From Acidimicrobiales bacterium (GTDB lineage: Bacteria > Actinomycetota > Acidimicrobiia > Acidimicrobiales > UBA8190): a DNA stretch of 64,000 nt. Made by a program: the position numbers and the translations under genes. Position 1 is the first letter of the stretch, and the number at the start of each line of letters is the position of its first letter. Positions 1 through 11,472 of the stretch are shown one piece after another. The stretch is from positions 2,522 to 66,521 of the forward strand of contig JBJKRZ010000034.1 of assembly GCA_046704365.1 (NCBI GenBank). The letters run 5' to 3'. Under the pieces are notes generated by a model that did no database searches, was not told the DNA's origin, and worked only from the letters and a program-made list of their open reading frames with translations.

Positions 1-474
1 GAGCAGGAGCTCGGCATGGTCGACGTCGACGTGGCCGCCGTCGTGGCGCTGAGCCAGGCGGCACTGGCTGTCATGGTCCCTCGGCGTTCGGGGAGCCTCC
101 TCAACGTGGCCTCGGTGGCCGGCTTCGCCTCCACCCCGGGCAGCGCCACCTACTCGGCGGCCAAGTCGTTCGTGGTCATGTTCACCGAGGCCGTGCACGA
201 CGAGGTCGAGAGTCTCGGCGTGAAGGTGAGCGTCTTGTGCCCGGGATTCACCCGTACCGGCTTCCAGGCCAGCGCCGGCATCGAGGCCAGGGGCATCCCC
301 GGCTTCGCCTGGGCCGATGCCGACGAGGTGGCGAGAGCCGGGCTGGCGGCCCTCGAGGCCAACCAGGCGCTGTGCGTGCCGGGTCTCCTCAACAAGGCCC
401 TGGCGGCCTCGCCGCGTCTCGGCCCTCGCCGGTTCGTGCGGCGGGTGGCGCGGACAGTCGTGGAGCGCCTGTAG
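1..474 (+). CDS. short-chain dehydrogenase/reductase, C-terminal part (5' end outside window)
   Basis: Frame of ORF 16..474 is open to the window edge. It carries NVASVAGF and the catalytic YSAAK (Y-x3-K) followed by LCPGFTRT, typical of classical SDRs. Confidence 0.8.
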   Translation, partial: EQELGMVDVDVAAVVALSQAALAVMVPRRSGSLLNVASVAGFASTPGSATYSAAKSFVVMFTEAVHDEVESLGVKVSVLCPGFTRTGFQASAGIEARGIPGFAWADADEVARAGLAALEANQALCVPGLLNKALAASPRLGPRRFVRRVARTVVERL

Positions 475-590
475 CGGCCCGGCCCGCTCCCGTCCGGAGC
501 TACGTGCCGAGGAGCGACATCGGCTGGCAACCGCCACTGCACGAGCTTGGTCCTTCACAGGCGGTGGCGCTGATCGTAGGATTCCCGCCC

Positions 591-1985
591 GTGCGCGTGG
601 GGCGGGGCAGAAGGAGAACGGCTCGGGTCGTCGCCGCGGCAGTGCTCGGCGTGGTGCTGGGCGGCGTCGTCCAACTGGGCAGCCAAGCACCTGTCCGGGC
701 CGACTCGCCGTACTTCGCCGGCAGCGGGATCGTGAGCAACGGCGACGCCGTCTCGGCCGGGGGCTTCTCCGGGACGACCCTCGACTCGCCCCTCGAGGCC
801 ATGGCGTCGACCCACGACGGCGGCGGTTACTGGGCGGCGGCCGCCAACGGTGGGGTATTCGCCTTCGGCGACGCCGGGTTCTTCGGCTCGATGGGGGGCC
901 GGCCGCTCTACGCACCGGTGGTGGGCATGGCCGCCACCCACGACAGCAAGGGCTACTGGCTCGTGGCCATGGACGGCGGCATCTTCGCCTTCGGCGATGC
1001 CATCTTCCACGGATCAATGGGCGGCATCCCGTTGTCCCAGCCCGTGGTGGGCATGGCCGTCACCCCCGACGGCGGCGGCTACTGGCTGGTGGCGGCCGAC
1101 GGTGGCATCTTCGCCTTCGGCGACGCCGGGTTCTACGGCTCGATGGGCGGTACCACGTTGCAGGCGCCCATCTCGGGCATGGCCGCCACCCCTGACGGCA
1201 AGGGGTACTGGCTGGTGGGATCGGACGGCGGGGTCTTCGCCTTCGGCGACGCCGGGTTCTACGGCTCCGCTGTGGGCCAGAAGATCAACACCTGGGTGAC
1301 GGGCATCGCCCCCACCCACGACGGCAAGGGGTACTGGCTGGCGGCCGCCACAGCCGGCGTCCTCCCCTATGGCGACGCCACCTTCTACGGGCCGAGCCCC
1401 AACGAGCCACCCTTCTCGCCTACCGTTGCCATCGCCGCCACGCCCGACTCCGAGGGCTACTGGCTGTTGCAACCCGACGACATGGCCATATCTTTCGGCC
1501 CTGGCCCCGCCCCGGGCCCGGACTTCCCCGGCGGGCGCCAGATCGTGGCGTCGGCAGCCAGCCAGATCGGCCCTGATCCCGACACCGGCCAGGGCCCCTA
1601 CTGCAACCCCTACGGACCGTGCGAGGAGTGGTGCGCGCTGTTCGCCACCTGGGCCTGGCAGACGGCGGGTTACGGCATCCCGCGCTACGGCTTCGTGGGC
1701 GATATCTACAACTGGGCCGCTGCCCACGGACAGGACCTCCCGCCGAGCGCCCCGCCTGAGCCCGGTGACGCCGTGCTCTTCGGGACCGGACCGCAGAGCA
1801 CCGCCACCTCCGTCCACACCGGCATCGTGGCCGACGTCTGGCCCGACGGTGCCGTCGTCACCGTGGAGGGCGACTCGGGCCCCGAGCCCGACGGCCAGAT
1901 GGCGGTCACCACCGACGGGCCGTTCTTGCCCACCGACGCCGGCTACGAGCTCGGCATGCCTGTGTACGCCATCGCCCGTCCCTGA
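591..1985 (+). CDS. secreted/anchored ~40-aa-repeat (beta-propeller-like) protein with C-terminal CHAP/NlpC-P60-type amidase domain
   Basis: Frame of ORF 237..1985. The upstream part overlaps the SDR and is Arg/Gly/Pro junk, so the start was moved to in-frame GTG 591 (VRVGRGRRRTARVVAAAVLGVVLGG, a basic stretch plus hydrophobic segment). About six units follow with core GYWLVxxDGGIFAFGDAGFYGSMGG..PVVGMAATPDG, then EEWCALFATWAW ... SVHTGIV ... VEGDSG (Cys/His CHAP-like). Confidence 0.7.
   Translation: MRVGRGRRRTARVVAAAVLGVVLGGVVQLGSQAPVRADSPYFAGSGIVSNGDAVSAGGFSGTTLDSPLEAMASTHDGGGYWAAAANGGVFAFGDAGFFGSMGGRPLYAPVVGMAATHDSKGYWLVAMDGGIFAFGDAIFHGSMGGIPLSQPVVGMAVTPDGGGYWLVAADGGIFAFGDAGFYGSMGGTTLQAPISGMAATPDGKGYWLVGSDGGVFAFGDAGFYGSAVGQKINTWVTGIAPTHDGKGYWLAAATAGVLPYGDATFYGPSPNEPPFSPTVAIAATPDSEGYWLLQPDDMAISFGPGPAPGPDFPGGRQIVASAASQIGPDPDTGQGPYCNPYGPCEEWCALFATWAWQTAGYGIPRYGFVGDIYNWAAAHGQDLPPSAPPEPGDAVLFGTGPQSTATSVHTGIVADVWPDGAVVTVEGDSGPEPDGQMAVTTDGPFLPTDAGYELGMPVYAIARP
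790..1480 (+). repeat. in-frame tandem coding repeats, period ~120 nt (about six units)
   Basis: The string ttcgccttcggcgacgccgggttct recurs at ~858, ~1108 and ~1237, with a diverged copy at ~978. The protein-level period is ~40 aa. Confidence 0.7.
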
Positions 1986-2092
1986 CGTTTCAGGCACTCA
2001 ACGAGGGCTCGTTGGAGTGAAAATCCACACTGTATGGTGTCGTCAATGGTGCCATCGTTGCCAGGCCCGACGAGTTTTCGCTGTGAACGAGA

Positions 2093-3028
2093 ATGACCTA
2101 TTCCATCGTGGCGTGGGACCCGATCACGAAGTGCATGGGTGTCGGAGTCCAGACGCATCAATTCAACGTTGGATCGGCTGTCCCCTGGGCTAAGGCAGGG
2201 GTGGGTGCCGTCGCCACACAGTCGAGAGCGCCGGGACTCGGCGGTAAAGGGCGCGGAAAGGTCGAGCTGCGGTATGGCTCGATGGGGCTCGTACTGATGG
2301 AATCGGGCTACAGAGCTTCAGAAGCCTTGAACGCCATTAGGCAAGTCGACCAATTCGCGGCCTGGCGCCAGGTGGCCATGGTGGACGCCCAAGGAGAAAT
2401 AGCGGTTCACACAGGAGATCGCTGCATACCAGCAGCGGGCCACGTGACCGGTGACGGTTACAGCGTGCAGGCGAACATGATGAGATCCGCCTTGGTCTGG
2501 CAAGCGATGGCAAAGGCTTTTGAAGAAGCCCACGGTGACCTGGCCGAGCGGATCTGTGGAGCCATGACGGCCGCCGAGGAGGCAGGGGGGGACCTCCGTG
2601 GGAGCCAGTCAGCGGCATTGCTCGTCGTGTCAAGCACCCGGGCGTCCGGTCCAGATCAAGAGTCGGTGGACCTGAGGGTCGAGGATCACCAGGATCCCGT
2701 CAATGAGCTGTGCAGGCTTGTCGATCTCAAAAAGGCCTATTCGGCCTTGGGGAGATCCGAGTCGGCTAGCCAGGCAGGGGAGTTCGATCTGGCCGCTCGG
2801 TTGAGGCACGAGGTGCGTCTGTGCCGGTCGGCATCCTGGGAGTTGAGACTCTGGACAGGTATCGAGGCGATCAACGAAGGACGCTGGGATGAAGGCATGG
2901 AAGACCTGAAGGCAGCGCTGGGCGATGATCCAGATCGCCGGGAGTATCTGCGACGTCTCGTCGGTTCCGCTTGGTTGGACGGCGAGAGCGCCATGGAGAT
3001 CGAAGACCGGTTGGCGGGCCCAGGGTGA
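2093..3028 (+). CDS. DUF1028-family (Ntn-hydrolase-like) protein with helical C-terminal extension
   Basis: The N-terminus MTYSIVAWDP...GVGVQTHQFNVGS resembles the MTFSIVARD-type start of DUF1028 proteins. The clean ATG ORF is the first lower-GC gene after the left flank. Confidence 0.55.
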   Translation: MTYSIVAWDPITKCMGVGVQTHQFNVGSAVPWAKAGVGAVATQSRAPGLGGKGRGKVELRYGSMGLVLMESGYRASEALNAIRQVDQFAAWRQVAMVDAQGEIAVHTGDRCIPAAGHVTGDGYSVQANMMRSALVWQAMAKAFEEAHGDLAERICGAMTAAEEAGGDLRGSQSAALLVVSSTRASGPDQESVDLRVEDHQDPVNELCRLVDLKKAYSALGRSESASQAGEFDLAARLRHEVRLCRSASWELRLWTGIEAINEGRWDEGMEDLKAALGDDPDRREYLRRLVGSAWLDGESAMEIEDRLAGPG

Positions 3029-3072
3029 TCGAAGGGTCGGCGGACGATCGGGGCGACAGAGTCTCCAGTTAG

Positions 3073-4899
<1,827 letters not shown>

Positions 4900-5187
4900 G
4901 TGATGAATGTCCTCTCAGGGGTATCTGGTTGATGATGGCGAAATGTCGAAATGAAAGTCTCTGAGCTGACGCGAAAAACGTTCCTGCTTCGCGCTTTTCG
5001 GCACACTTCCACTGCAGAGGCTCGCATCAGCCGGCGAGCCTGCTTTTGAAAGGTGTCGCGGGTGAACATCCAATTCGAACAAACGCATTGTACGGTGCTC
5101 TCAGCAAGAAGAAGGCAGAGCTGGGACGCATCAGGGCGATGATAACACCGGGCTGGGCGTCGTCTTGTCGCGCCGCGTTGCGCGTCG

Positions 5188-6687
5188 TTACTCTGGAGTA
5201 GCAAAGTCGCTCGCGTGTCTCGCCGCCTGCGTGCCGGCTATCCTGCCGAACACAGAACCATTGGTGAGACCTGAACCGCCCGGGTAGTTGAAGTAGAAGA
5301 TGCCGCCGACGATCTCGCCGGCGGCGTAGAGCCCGGGAATTGGACGTTCCTCGGTGTCCAGCACCTGGGACGTCGCATTGATCCGCAATCCACCGAAGGT
5401 GAATGTGAGTCCGCAGGTGACCGCATACGCTTCGAAGGGTGGAGTGTCGATGGTATTTGCCCAGTTCGTCTTGTTCACAGGCAGGCCGTACGTACAGCGG
5501 CCGTCCTTGATGTTGGGGTCGAACGGGACGTCTTGGCGTACCGCGGCGTTGTACTCCTCGATCGTGGCGAGGCATGCCGCGGCGTCCACCCCGTCCAACT
5601 TCGCGGTCAATTCAGGCAGGGTATCGGCTGAAACCTTCGTGACCTGGCGGATCCGGTACTCGTCCCGAAGCAGGTGGAGGACTTTCTGGTCGAAGATCTG
5701 CCAGGCGAACTGGTTGGGCTGCTCGAGGACGGCTCTCCCGTACTTCGCATACGTGTAGTTGCGAAAGTCCGCCCCTTCGTCGACGAAACGCCGACCTCTG
5801 GCGTTGACCACGATCCCAAAGGGGTAGCTGTGCTTCTGAAATCCATCGCCGACCGAGAGGTCACCAAAGGGAGGGGCGTTCAGGTCCCAAGCAACGGCAT
5901 GGCCACCCGACCAGTTGCCCCACGCCATAGCCCCGACGTCAAGAGCCATGCGGATCCCATCTCCTGTGTTGAGACGGGTCCCACGCACTTTGGCCAGGTC
6001 CCACCCGGGACCGAGATAGCGCGTGCGCCACTCGACATTGGCCTCGAATCCGCCACTGGCCAGGACGACAGAACCTGCTCTCAACTCATGCTCGTGGCCT
6101 CCGTGGACGTAGCAGACCCCGCCCACGACGCCATCCTTGGTGATGAGCGACGTTGCCCGCGCTCCGTACTCGATGTGGCAGCCCGATCTTTGCGCAGCAT
6201 TGGTCAGCGTTTCGATGAGCCCGACGCCGCCACCGGAGGTCTCGAGTGTCAAACCGCCCCAAAAGGTGAACTTGCCATCCACACGGAACGCCTGGCGGCC
6301 GTACATGGGGAGGAAACGCACACCTTTGGTGGTCATCCAGCGCAGCGTGTCGAAGCTCCGACGAACGAGTATCTCTGCGAGGTCGGCATCGGTGCGGTAT
6401 TCAGTCACCCGTGCCATGTCAGCCAGGAATTGTTCCTCGGGATAGGAGCCGAAGTCCGTGGTAGCGATTTGCTCCGGCGTCAGATCCGGTACCAGGTCGA
6501 GGATGTCGTCGACGCCCCGATATGCCACGCGCATCGCACCGGCTGTGAAGGCGGAGTTGCCACCCCGTTCCTCGAAGGCCGCTCGCTCCAGAACGACCAC
6601 GCTGGCGCCGGCGTCCGATGCCGCCAGCGCTGCGCAGAGGGCGGCGTTGCCACCGCCCACCACGACGACGTCGGGCCCAGTCGGCAT
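5188..6687 (-). CDS. FAD-binding dehydrogenase (fumarate reductase / TcuA / KstD-like flavoprotein)
   Basis: DVVVVGGGNAALCAALAA dinucleotide-binding start, GGNSAFTAG, and a C-terminal GLYAAGEIVGG. Confidence 0.75.
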   Translation of the reverse strand: MPTGPDVVVVGGGNAALCAALAASDAGASVVVLERAAFEERGGNSAFTAGAMRVAYRGVDDILDLVPDLTPEQIATTDFGSYPEEQFLADMARVTEYRTDADLAEILVRRSFDTLRWMTTKGVRFLPMYGRQAFRVDGKFTFWGGLTLETSGGGVGLIETLTNAAQRSGCHIEYGARATSLITKDGVVGGVCYVHGGHEHELRAGSVVLASGGFEANVEWRTRYLGPGWDLAKVRGTRLNTGDGIRMALDVGAMAWGNWSGGHAVAWDLNAPPFGDLSVGDGFQKHSYPFGIVVNARGRRFVDEGADFRNYTYAKYGRAVLEQPNQFAWQIFDQKVLHLLRDEYRIRQVTKVSADTLPELTAKLDGVDAAACLATIEEYNAAVRQDVPFDPNIKDGRCTYGLPVNKTNWANTIDTPPFEAYAVTCGLTFTFGGLRINATSQVLDTEERPIPGLYAAGEIVGGIFYFNYPGGSGLTNGSVFGRIAGTQAARHASDFATPE

Positions 6688-6768
6688 CGACCGTTTACCT
6701 CTCTGACCTGCGATGATGTGCCCAGTTCACCGGTTTCTCTGGCCCTCTCACAGTCTCGGTCGCCCGCC

Positions 6769-6781
6769 AATGTATACCAAG
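6769..6781 (-). promoter_or_regulatory. GTATAC-core operator-like box upstream of the FAD dehydrogenase gene
   Basis: AATGTATACCAAG, which reads TTGGTATACATT on the gene strand, lies ~85 nt upstream of start 6687. Confidence 0.3.
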
Positions 6782-6939
6782 ATATGCTGCCGGACACAAT
6801 GCTGCTTCTTGTCCTCGGGACGACGGCGGGCGGGACCAGAAAGGGCGTGACAACGCCTCCTGCATCCGACACCAGCTTCAAGCTTTCGACAACCGCCGCC
6901 GCCGCCGGGGCGCGCTCGCCGTACCGGGACTTCTCGGTG

Positions 6940-7590
6940 TCAGATGCCGGCCGATGCGTACATCCGCAGTCGGATGTCGCGTGCCGCACTCATGTGCGAT
7001 TCGGCGAGCTTGCCAGCACGTTCCGCATCGCGCGCTCCGATCGCCTCGATCATCTCCCAGTGGTCTTCCAAGGCTCGTTCCCATCGCCCCGCGCTCGAAA
7101 GAGTCGTGTCGGGGTAGCGGGTCAGGTGGCTGTTCAGCCTGGTGAGGAGGTCGACAAGCGTGTGGTTGTGGCTGCTCGCCCACAGGGCCTCGTGGAACTG
7201 CCGATTTGTCGTGGCCATCGCCATTACGTCGGTCACGTCCGTCTCCTCCATGCGGAGATGACGCTCCTCGAGGTTCGCCAGGTCGAGCTCGCTTCGACTC
7301 TCAGCCGCACAGCGAGCCGCCAGTCCCTCGAGTACGATCCGTACGGTGTAGATCTCGAGGATCTCCTCCGGTCCACACGTGCGGACCACCAGGCTGCGAT
7401 CCCGGCGCTCGACCAACCCGTCATGTTCGAGACGGCGAAGCGCCTCCCGAACTGGCGTGCGACTCACACCGTAACGCGCGGCGATAGCCGTCTCACCGAG
7501 CAGGGATCCAGGCGGGAGTGTCAGGTCCACTATCTCCGAACGAAGCCGCTCGTACGTGTCTTTCGACATCCCTCTACCTCGACGTTCCAA
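6940..7590 (-). CDS. GntR-family transcriptional regulator (FadR/FCD subfamily)
   Basis: Winged-HTH ARYGVSRTPVREALRRLEHDGLV followed by an all-helical FCD-like C-terminal domain. Confidence 0.85.
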   Translation of the reverse strand: MERRGRGMSKDTYERLRSEIVDLTLPPGSLLGETAIAARYGVSRTPVREALRRLEHDGLVERRDRSLVVRTCGPEEILEIYTVRIVLEGLAARCAAESRSELDLANLEERHLRMEETDVTDVMAMATTNRQFHEALWASSHNHTLVDLLTRLNSHLTRYPDTTLSSAGRWERALEDHWEMIEAIGARDAERAGKLAESHMSAARDIRLRMYASAGI

Positions 7591-7947
7591 GCCAGACCGT
7601 TGAGGGCCAATGGGCCCGCTGAAGCACTACAAGCCACCAAGGCAGCAACAGGCGTCGTGACTTGGGACCCTCCGTCGAGTAATCATGATAGCCGTTTCTG
7701 ACCCCATGAAGACTTGGCTTATCGACTTGAGCGGGCTCCTGGCCGGACCTGGCGGCGGCACCGGAAGCATGAGGCCCGCTCCACGCCGCCAGCGACGAGA
7801 ATGTGGCGCAACAACTCGGTTTCACACTGAGCCTACGAGCATGCAAGTGTCGAGAGCTCATCGGGCACCATGCCGAATCGTGCAAGGGTACCTCCGTGTC
7901 TGTCTTCGCCAACGCTCTTCTTACCCCCGGGTAGGCCCTGACGCCGA

Positions 7948-7978
7948 TAGACAGTTCAGATCCTCCTAAGGTATACAT
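7948..7978 (+). promoter_or_regulatory. candidate promoter (TAGACA-N18-TATACA) overlapped by a GGTATACAT box
   Basis: Hexamers at 7948-7953 and 7972-7977. GTATACAT at 7971-7978 lies ~60 nt upstream of GTG 8036. Confidence 0.3.
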
Positions 7979-8035
7979 CGTTGGGGGCGCCGAGGAGGCT
8001 CCGCCATCTGCAGGCATACGTCAGGGAGTCGCCGG

Positions 8036-8932
8036 GTGGTAGAAGGCAGGACCGTCGGGTTTGTCGGCCTCGGGGTCATGGGCAGCGCAATGGCTGCCAC
8101 TCTTGCTAGAGCGGGCGTCACCGTCATCGGATTCGACGTCTCAGAGTCCGCCAAGGAGCTGGCAACTGACCAAGTCCGCGTGGTGGACTCGCTCGCTGAA
8201 GTGGTGCAGCAGTGCTCCACCATCTTTCTATCGTTACCCGGTCCCCCCGTTTCGCGAGCGGTGTTCTCCGAGATTCTGGCCGCGGCGAGCGGACCTGTCA
8301 CGGTCATCGACACTTCGACGATCGATCCGGAAACGGCAGCGGAACATGAACGTCTAGCTGGCCAGAAGGGTCACGCATATGTTGCTGCACCCGTCGCCGG
8401 AGGCGAAAGTGCGGCGAAGGCAGGGTCATTGACCGTCATTGCCGGCGGCACAGGTCCGTCTGTTGATGCGATTGAACCGATGTTGCATCTGATCGGGGCC
8501 GACATCCATGTGGTGGAGTCCGCTAGAACAGCGTCCCTGCTCAAGCTCTTGAACAACCTCATGACGCTCGGCAATACGATTGTGTTTACTGAGGCTCTCG
8601 CCCTGGCCGCCAGCGCCGACGTACCCGCTTCGACGGTTTATGACGTGTTGAAGAATTCCAGTGGCGGGAGTGCGATTTTCACCCGCCGGTGGAAGGCAAA
8701 CATAGAGCCCGGGAACTATTCGCCCGGATTTTCCGTCAACCTTGCAGTCAAGGACCTCGGTCTGGCCCTGGACTTTGCCCGGTCGCAGGGCGTGACCCTC
8801 GCAGCGGCGGACCACGCCAGGACCTCCTACACCGAGCTCCAGGAGTTGGGTTGGGGAGACCGTGACGTCGCCTCCATAGTCGAGTCATGGGAGACGCGGC
8901 TGAAGAAGAAGATTGGAGGTCAGAAACAGTGA
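8036..8932 (+). CDS. NAD(P)-dependent 3-hydroxyisobutyrate/6-phosphogluconate dehydrogenase-like oxidoreductase
   Basis: VGFVGLGVMGSAMAATLARAG Rossmann start. The remaining layout is HIBADH-like (LLKLLNN..., KDLGLALD). Confidence 0.85.
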   Translation: MVEGRTVGFVGLGVMGSAMAATLARAGVTVIGFDVSESAKELATDQVRVVDSLAEVVQQCSTIFLSLPGPPVSRAVFSEILAAASGPVTVIDTSTIDPETAAEHERLAGQKGHAYVAAPVAGGESAAKAGSLTVIAGGTGPSVDAIEPMLHLIGADIHVVESARTASLLKLLNNLMTLGNTIVFTEALALAASADVPASTVYDVLKNSSGGSAIFTRRWKANIEPGNYSPGFSVNLAVKDLGLALDFARSQGVTLAAADHARTSYTELQELGWGDRDVASIVESWETRLKKKIGGQKQ

Positions 8933-9753
8933 CCTCCGCCGTGAAGCCGCTGGTTTGCGGATGGCTCGAAAGCGACAGATGCAGTATGAATCCACGGCGT
9001 GAGCCGAGCACGAGGTCTCAGCTTCCTATCCTCACATGGTTGGTCAGCTCGGATGATCGTCATCTCCTCTTCGACACTGCGGCTCCCGATCCTTCGACAG
9101 CCTGGCAGTCCGGTCATTGGCACTACCGGCGCTCACAATCGGAGGGCCTTCTCCAAAGGCTGTGGGAGGTCGCAGGGCTCACACCAGATCAGATAGACGC
9201 TGTAGTGATGAGCCATCTGCACTGGGACCATGCTGGCAACTGGCTCCTATTTCCCAGCGCCAAGATCTACGTGCAGGAGCGGGAAGTCGAATTCGCATCG
9301 AACCCGCAGCCCGATCAACGTCATTATTACGACACGATCGGGCGATCGTCTTCGTTCCCTTATCGACAGCTCATTCTGGGTGACGGGAGTGCGACGCCGA
9401 TCTGGGGATCGAGCCTCTCGCTGGTTCCACTCCCCGGCCATACGCCCGGATCTCAAGGGCTTCTTGTCGACGATGGAGATCGCCGTTTTCTCCTGGCCGG
9501 TGATGCGGTGCCGCTGTGGGAGAACTTCTACGACGGCGAACCGACGCCTAATGCCATTGCTACCGACATGGCTCAGGCGATGCGCACCATGGACTACATC
9601 GTAGAGCTCGACGCCTTCGTCCTTCCGTCACACGAGCCTCTTCTCGTCGCGTTGGAGGGGAAGGACGTCGTCAGGCCGGAATTCGTCACGATGATGGAAG
9701 AACTCGTGGCGAGAGAACGGAAGCAGGTTGAGCGTTGCATATCCGGGAAATAG
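8929..9753 (+). CDS. MBL-fold metallo-hydrolase (lactonase-like)
   Basis: HLHWDHAGN (HxHxDH) and LPGHTPGS. The start is set to GTG 8929, which overlaps the upstream stop as GTGA. Confidence 0.75.
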   Translation: MTSAVKPLVCGWLESDRCSMNPRREPSTRSQLPILTWLVSSDDRHLLFDTAAPDPSTAWQSGHWHYRRSQSEGLLQRLWEVAGLTPDQIDAVVMSHLHWDHAGNWLLFPSAKIYVQEREVEFASNPQPDQRHYYDTIGRSSSFPYRQLILGDGSATPIWGSSLSLVPLPGHTPGSQGLLVDDGDRRFLLAGDAVPLWENFYDGEPTPNAIATDMAQAMRTMDYIVELDAFVLPSHEPLLVALEGKDVVRPEFVTMMEELVARERKQVERCISGK

Positions 9754-9771
9754 CAGAAGGGAAGAGATGGG

Positions 9772-11472
9772 ATGAGTGAGCGTACTGGCGGCCAGTTTGC
9801 CGTTGACGCTTTGCGGTCTGAAGGAGTTTCTGTTCTTTTCGGGCTCATAGGGTCAGCAACGATGGAACTTTTGGATGCGCTTTACGATCAAGATGATCTG
9901 CGCTACGTAGGGGTCCGTGACGAAAGAACCGGGACGCATATGGCTGACGGCTATGCGCGCGTTTCGGGAAGGCCGGGGGTGATGGTAGCCGGGCAAAATG
10001 GCCCGGGTGTGACCAACCTGATCACAGGTGTTGCCCAAGCATTCCGCGCCTATTCGCCAGTCGTGACTCTGGGCGGCGCGTTGACGCGTGGTCATCAGTA
10101 CCGTGAAGGATTTCAGGACCTGGACCAGCAGGCCCTGTTGTCAGCAGTTACCAAGCGCACCTACACCATCCCAACAACAGAGATGGTGTATCGGGTCATC
10201 CGCGATGCCTTTCGCGTGTCTCTGACCCCCCGTAGCGGCCCGGTTCACGTGAACCTTCCTCGTGACGTTTTGTCGGGAACCGCACCCAGCCTTCCCCCGC
10301 TTCTGACGTCTCAGGAAAGGAGCCTTCCAGCAGTCGCGTGCGCCGCCACGAGCCAGGTCCAGGAGGCTGCCGAGTTGCTCCGCTCTGCGAAGCGTCCGCT
10401 CATCGTGGTCGGCGCCGGAATCAAGTGGCGGGGCCGGAACCAGGAGGCGATGAAGCTGGCCGAATTGTTGGGGTCGCCGATTGCTGCGTCTGCGGGGCAC
10501 GGTGACGCGATACCGACAGACCACTCCCTGGTGCTCGGGCAGGTCGGACCACGCGGGAATCCGGTTGCCACCAAAGCATTGGCCGAGGCGGATGCCCTGT
10601 TGTTGCTTGGCACCCGGCTTGGATTCAACAGCACGATGTTCGCCCCCGACGCGATCGGCACCGATGTTGCGGTCATCCATGTCGATCAGGATGCAAGTGT
10701 CTTCGGAAGGGAATTCCCGTGTCGAATCGGCATGGCGGCCGATGCACCCACAGTGGCAGGCCAGCTTGTCGAGGCGCTCAGTGGTCACGAGCCTTCCGAG
10801 CCCGTAAGGTCTCGTGCCCGAGGTCTGAGGTCGGCGTTGCAGGATCTGTGGCACGAGCGCGACGAGCAAGGGCTGGCGGGAACCATGCCCGCCCAGCCGG
10901 CGAGGGTGTTTGCCGCCTTGCGGCGGGTGTTGCCCGACAATGCGATTGTGACTCTCGATGCAGGATCGATGTGCCTTCAGGCCACCGACGCCCTCAAGCA
11001 CGCGACGGCGCCCTCCTTGCTCACGCCGTTGGACTTCGGCCTGGTGGGCTTTTCGTTCGCCGCCGGCCTTGGGGCGAAACTTGCAGCGCCGGACCGCGAG
11101 GTTGTCAGTCTGATCGGCGACGGCGGCTTTGGAATGACCTTGTCAGAGCTGTCGACCGCCGTGGCTGAGGAGATCAACACGACGGTCGTCGTCCTCGACA
11201 ATGGAATTTGGGGTGCAGAAAAGTCGTATCAACGCGACTTCTTCGGGGGCCGATTCATCGGCTCCGATCTCAGGAATCCGCCCTTCGAGTCGGTAGCGGA
11301 GCTCTATGGCGCCGCCGGGTACCGCGTGACAGCGGCGGACCAGATCGAGGATATCGTGAAGCAGGCTCTCGCAGATGAGCGACCGTCGGTAGTCGTGATA
11401 CCGATGGACCCGGATGCCATAGTCAGCTTCCGCCGTGACTCGTTCACGCATAGGGCTGCTTCTGAGGGTTGA
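9772..11472 (+). CDS. thiamine-diphosphate-dependent enzyme (acetolactate synthase / benzoylformate decarboxylase superfamily)
   Basis: Pyr domain DERTGTHMADGYARVSGRPGV..GPGVTNL and a C-terminal GDGGFGM...LDNGIWG ThDP motif. Confidence 0.85.
   Translation: MSERTGGQFAVDALRSEGVSVLFGLIGSATMELLDALYDQDDLRYVGVRDERTGTHMADGYARVSGRPGVMVAGQNGPGVTNLITGVAQAFRAYSPVVTLGGALTRGHQYREGFQDLDQQALLSAVTKRTYTIPTTEMVYRVIRDAFRVSLTPRSGPVHVNLPRDVLSGTAPSLPPLLTSQERSLPAVACAATSQVQEAAELLRSAKRPLIVVGAGIKWRGRNQEAMKLAELLGSPIAASAGHGDAIPTDHSLVLGQVGPRGNPVATKALAEADALLLLGTRLGFNSTMFAPDAIGTDVAVIHVDQDASVFGREFPCRIGMAADAPTVAGQLVEALSGHEPSEPVRSRARGLRSALQDLWHERDEQGLAGTMPAQPARVFAALRRVLPDNAIVTLDAGSMCLQATDALKHATAPSLLTPLDFGLVGFSFAAGLGAKLAAPDREVVSLIGDGGFGMTLSELSTAVAEEINTTVVVLDNGIWGAEKSYQRDFFGGRFIGSDLRNPPFESVAELYGAAGYRVTAADQIEDIVKQALADERPSVVVIPMDPDAIVSFRRDSFTHRAASEG

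Noticed and set aside
237-590. N-terminal 118-aa extension of the repeat/CHAP ORF
   Set aside because: It overlaps the SDR gene in another frame and is Arg/Gly/Pro-rich. A GTG at 591 gives a sensible basic-plus-hydrophobic leader.
790-1480. Possible CRISPR or non-coding tandem repeat
   Set aside because: The ~120-nt periodicity is in frame and encodes the ~40-aa protein repeat. There is no spacer/repeat alternation and there are no cas genes.
1986-2092. Island-border mobility signatures (tRNA, integrase, IS, att-like direct repeats) here and at 62208-62233
   Set aside because: I searched both borders and all intergenic regions by eye. No tRNA-like T-loop sequence, recombinase ORF or terminal repeats were found.
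5674-7701. 675-aa plus-strand ORF
   Set aside because: It lies antisense to the FAD dehydrogenase and GntR genes, both of which have clear family motifs. Its product is Arg/Pro/Gly/Ala-rich with no motif. This is a typical shadow ORF of high-GC DNA.
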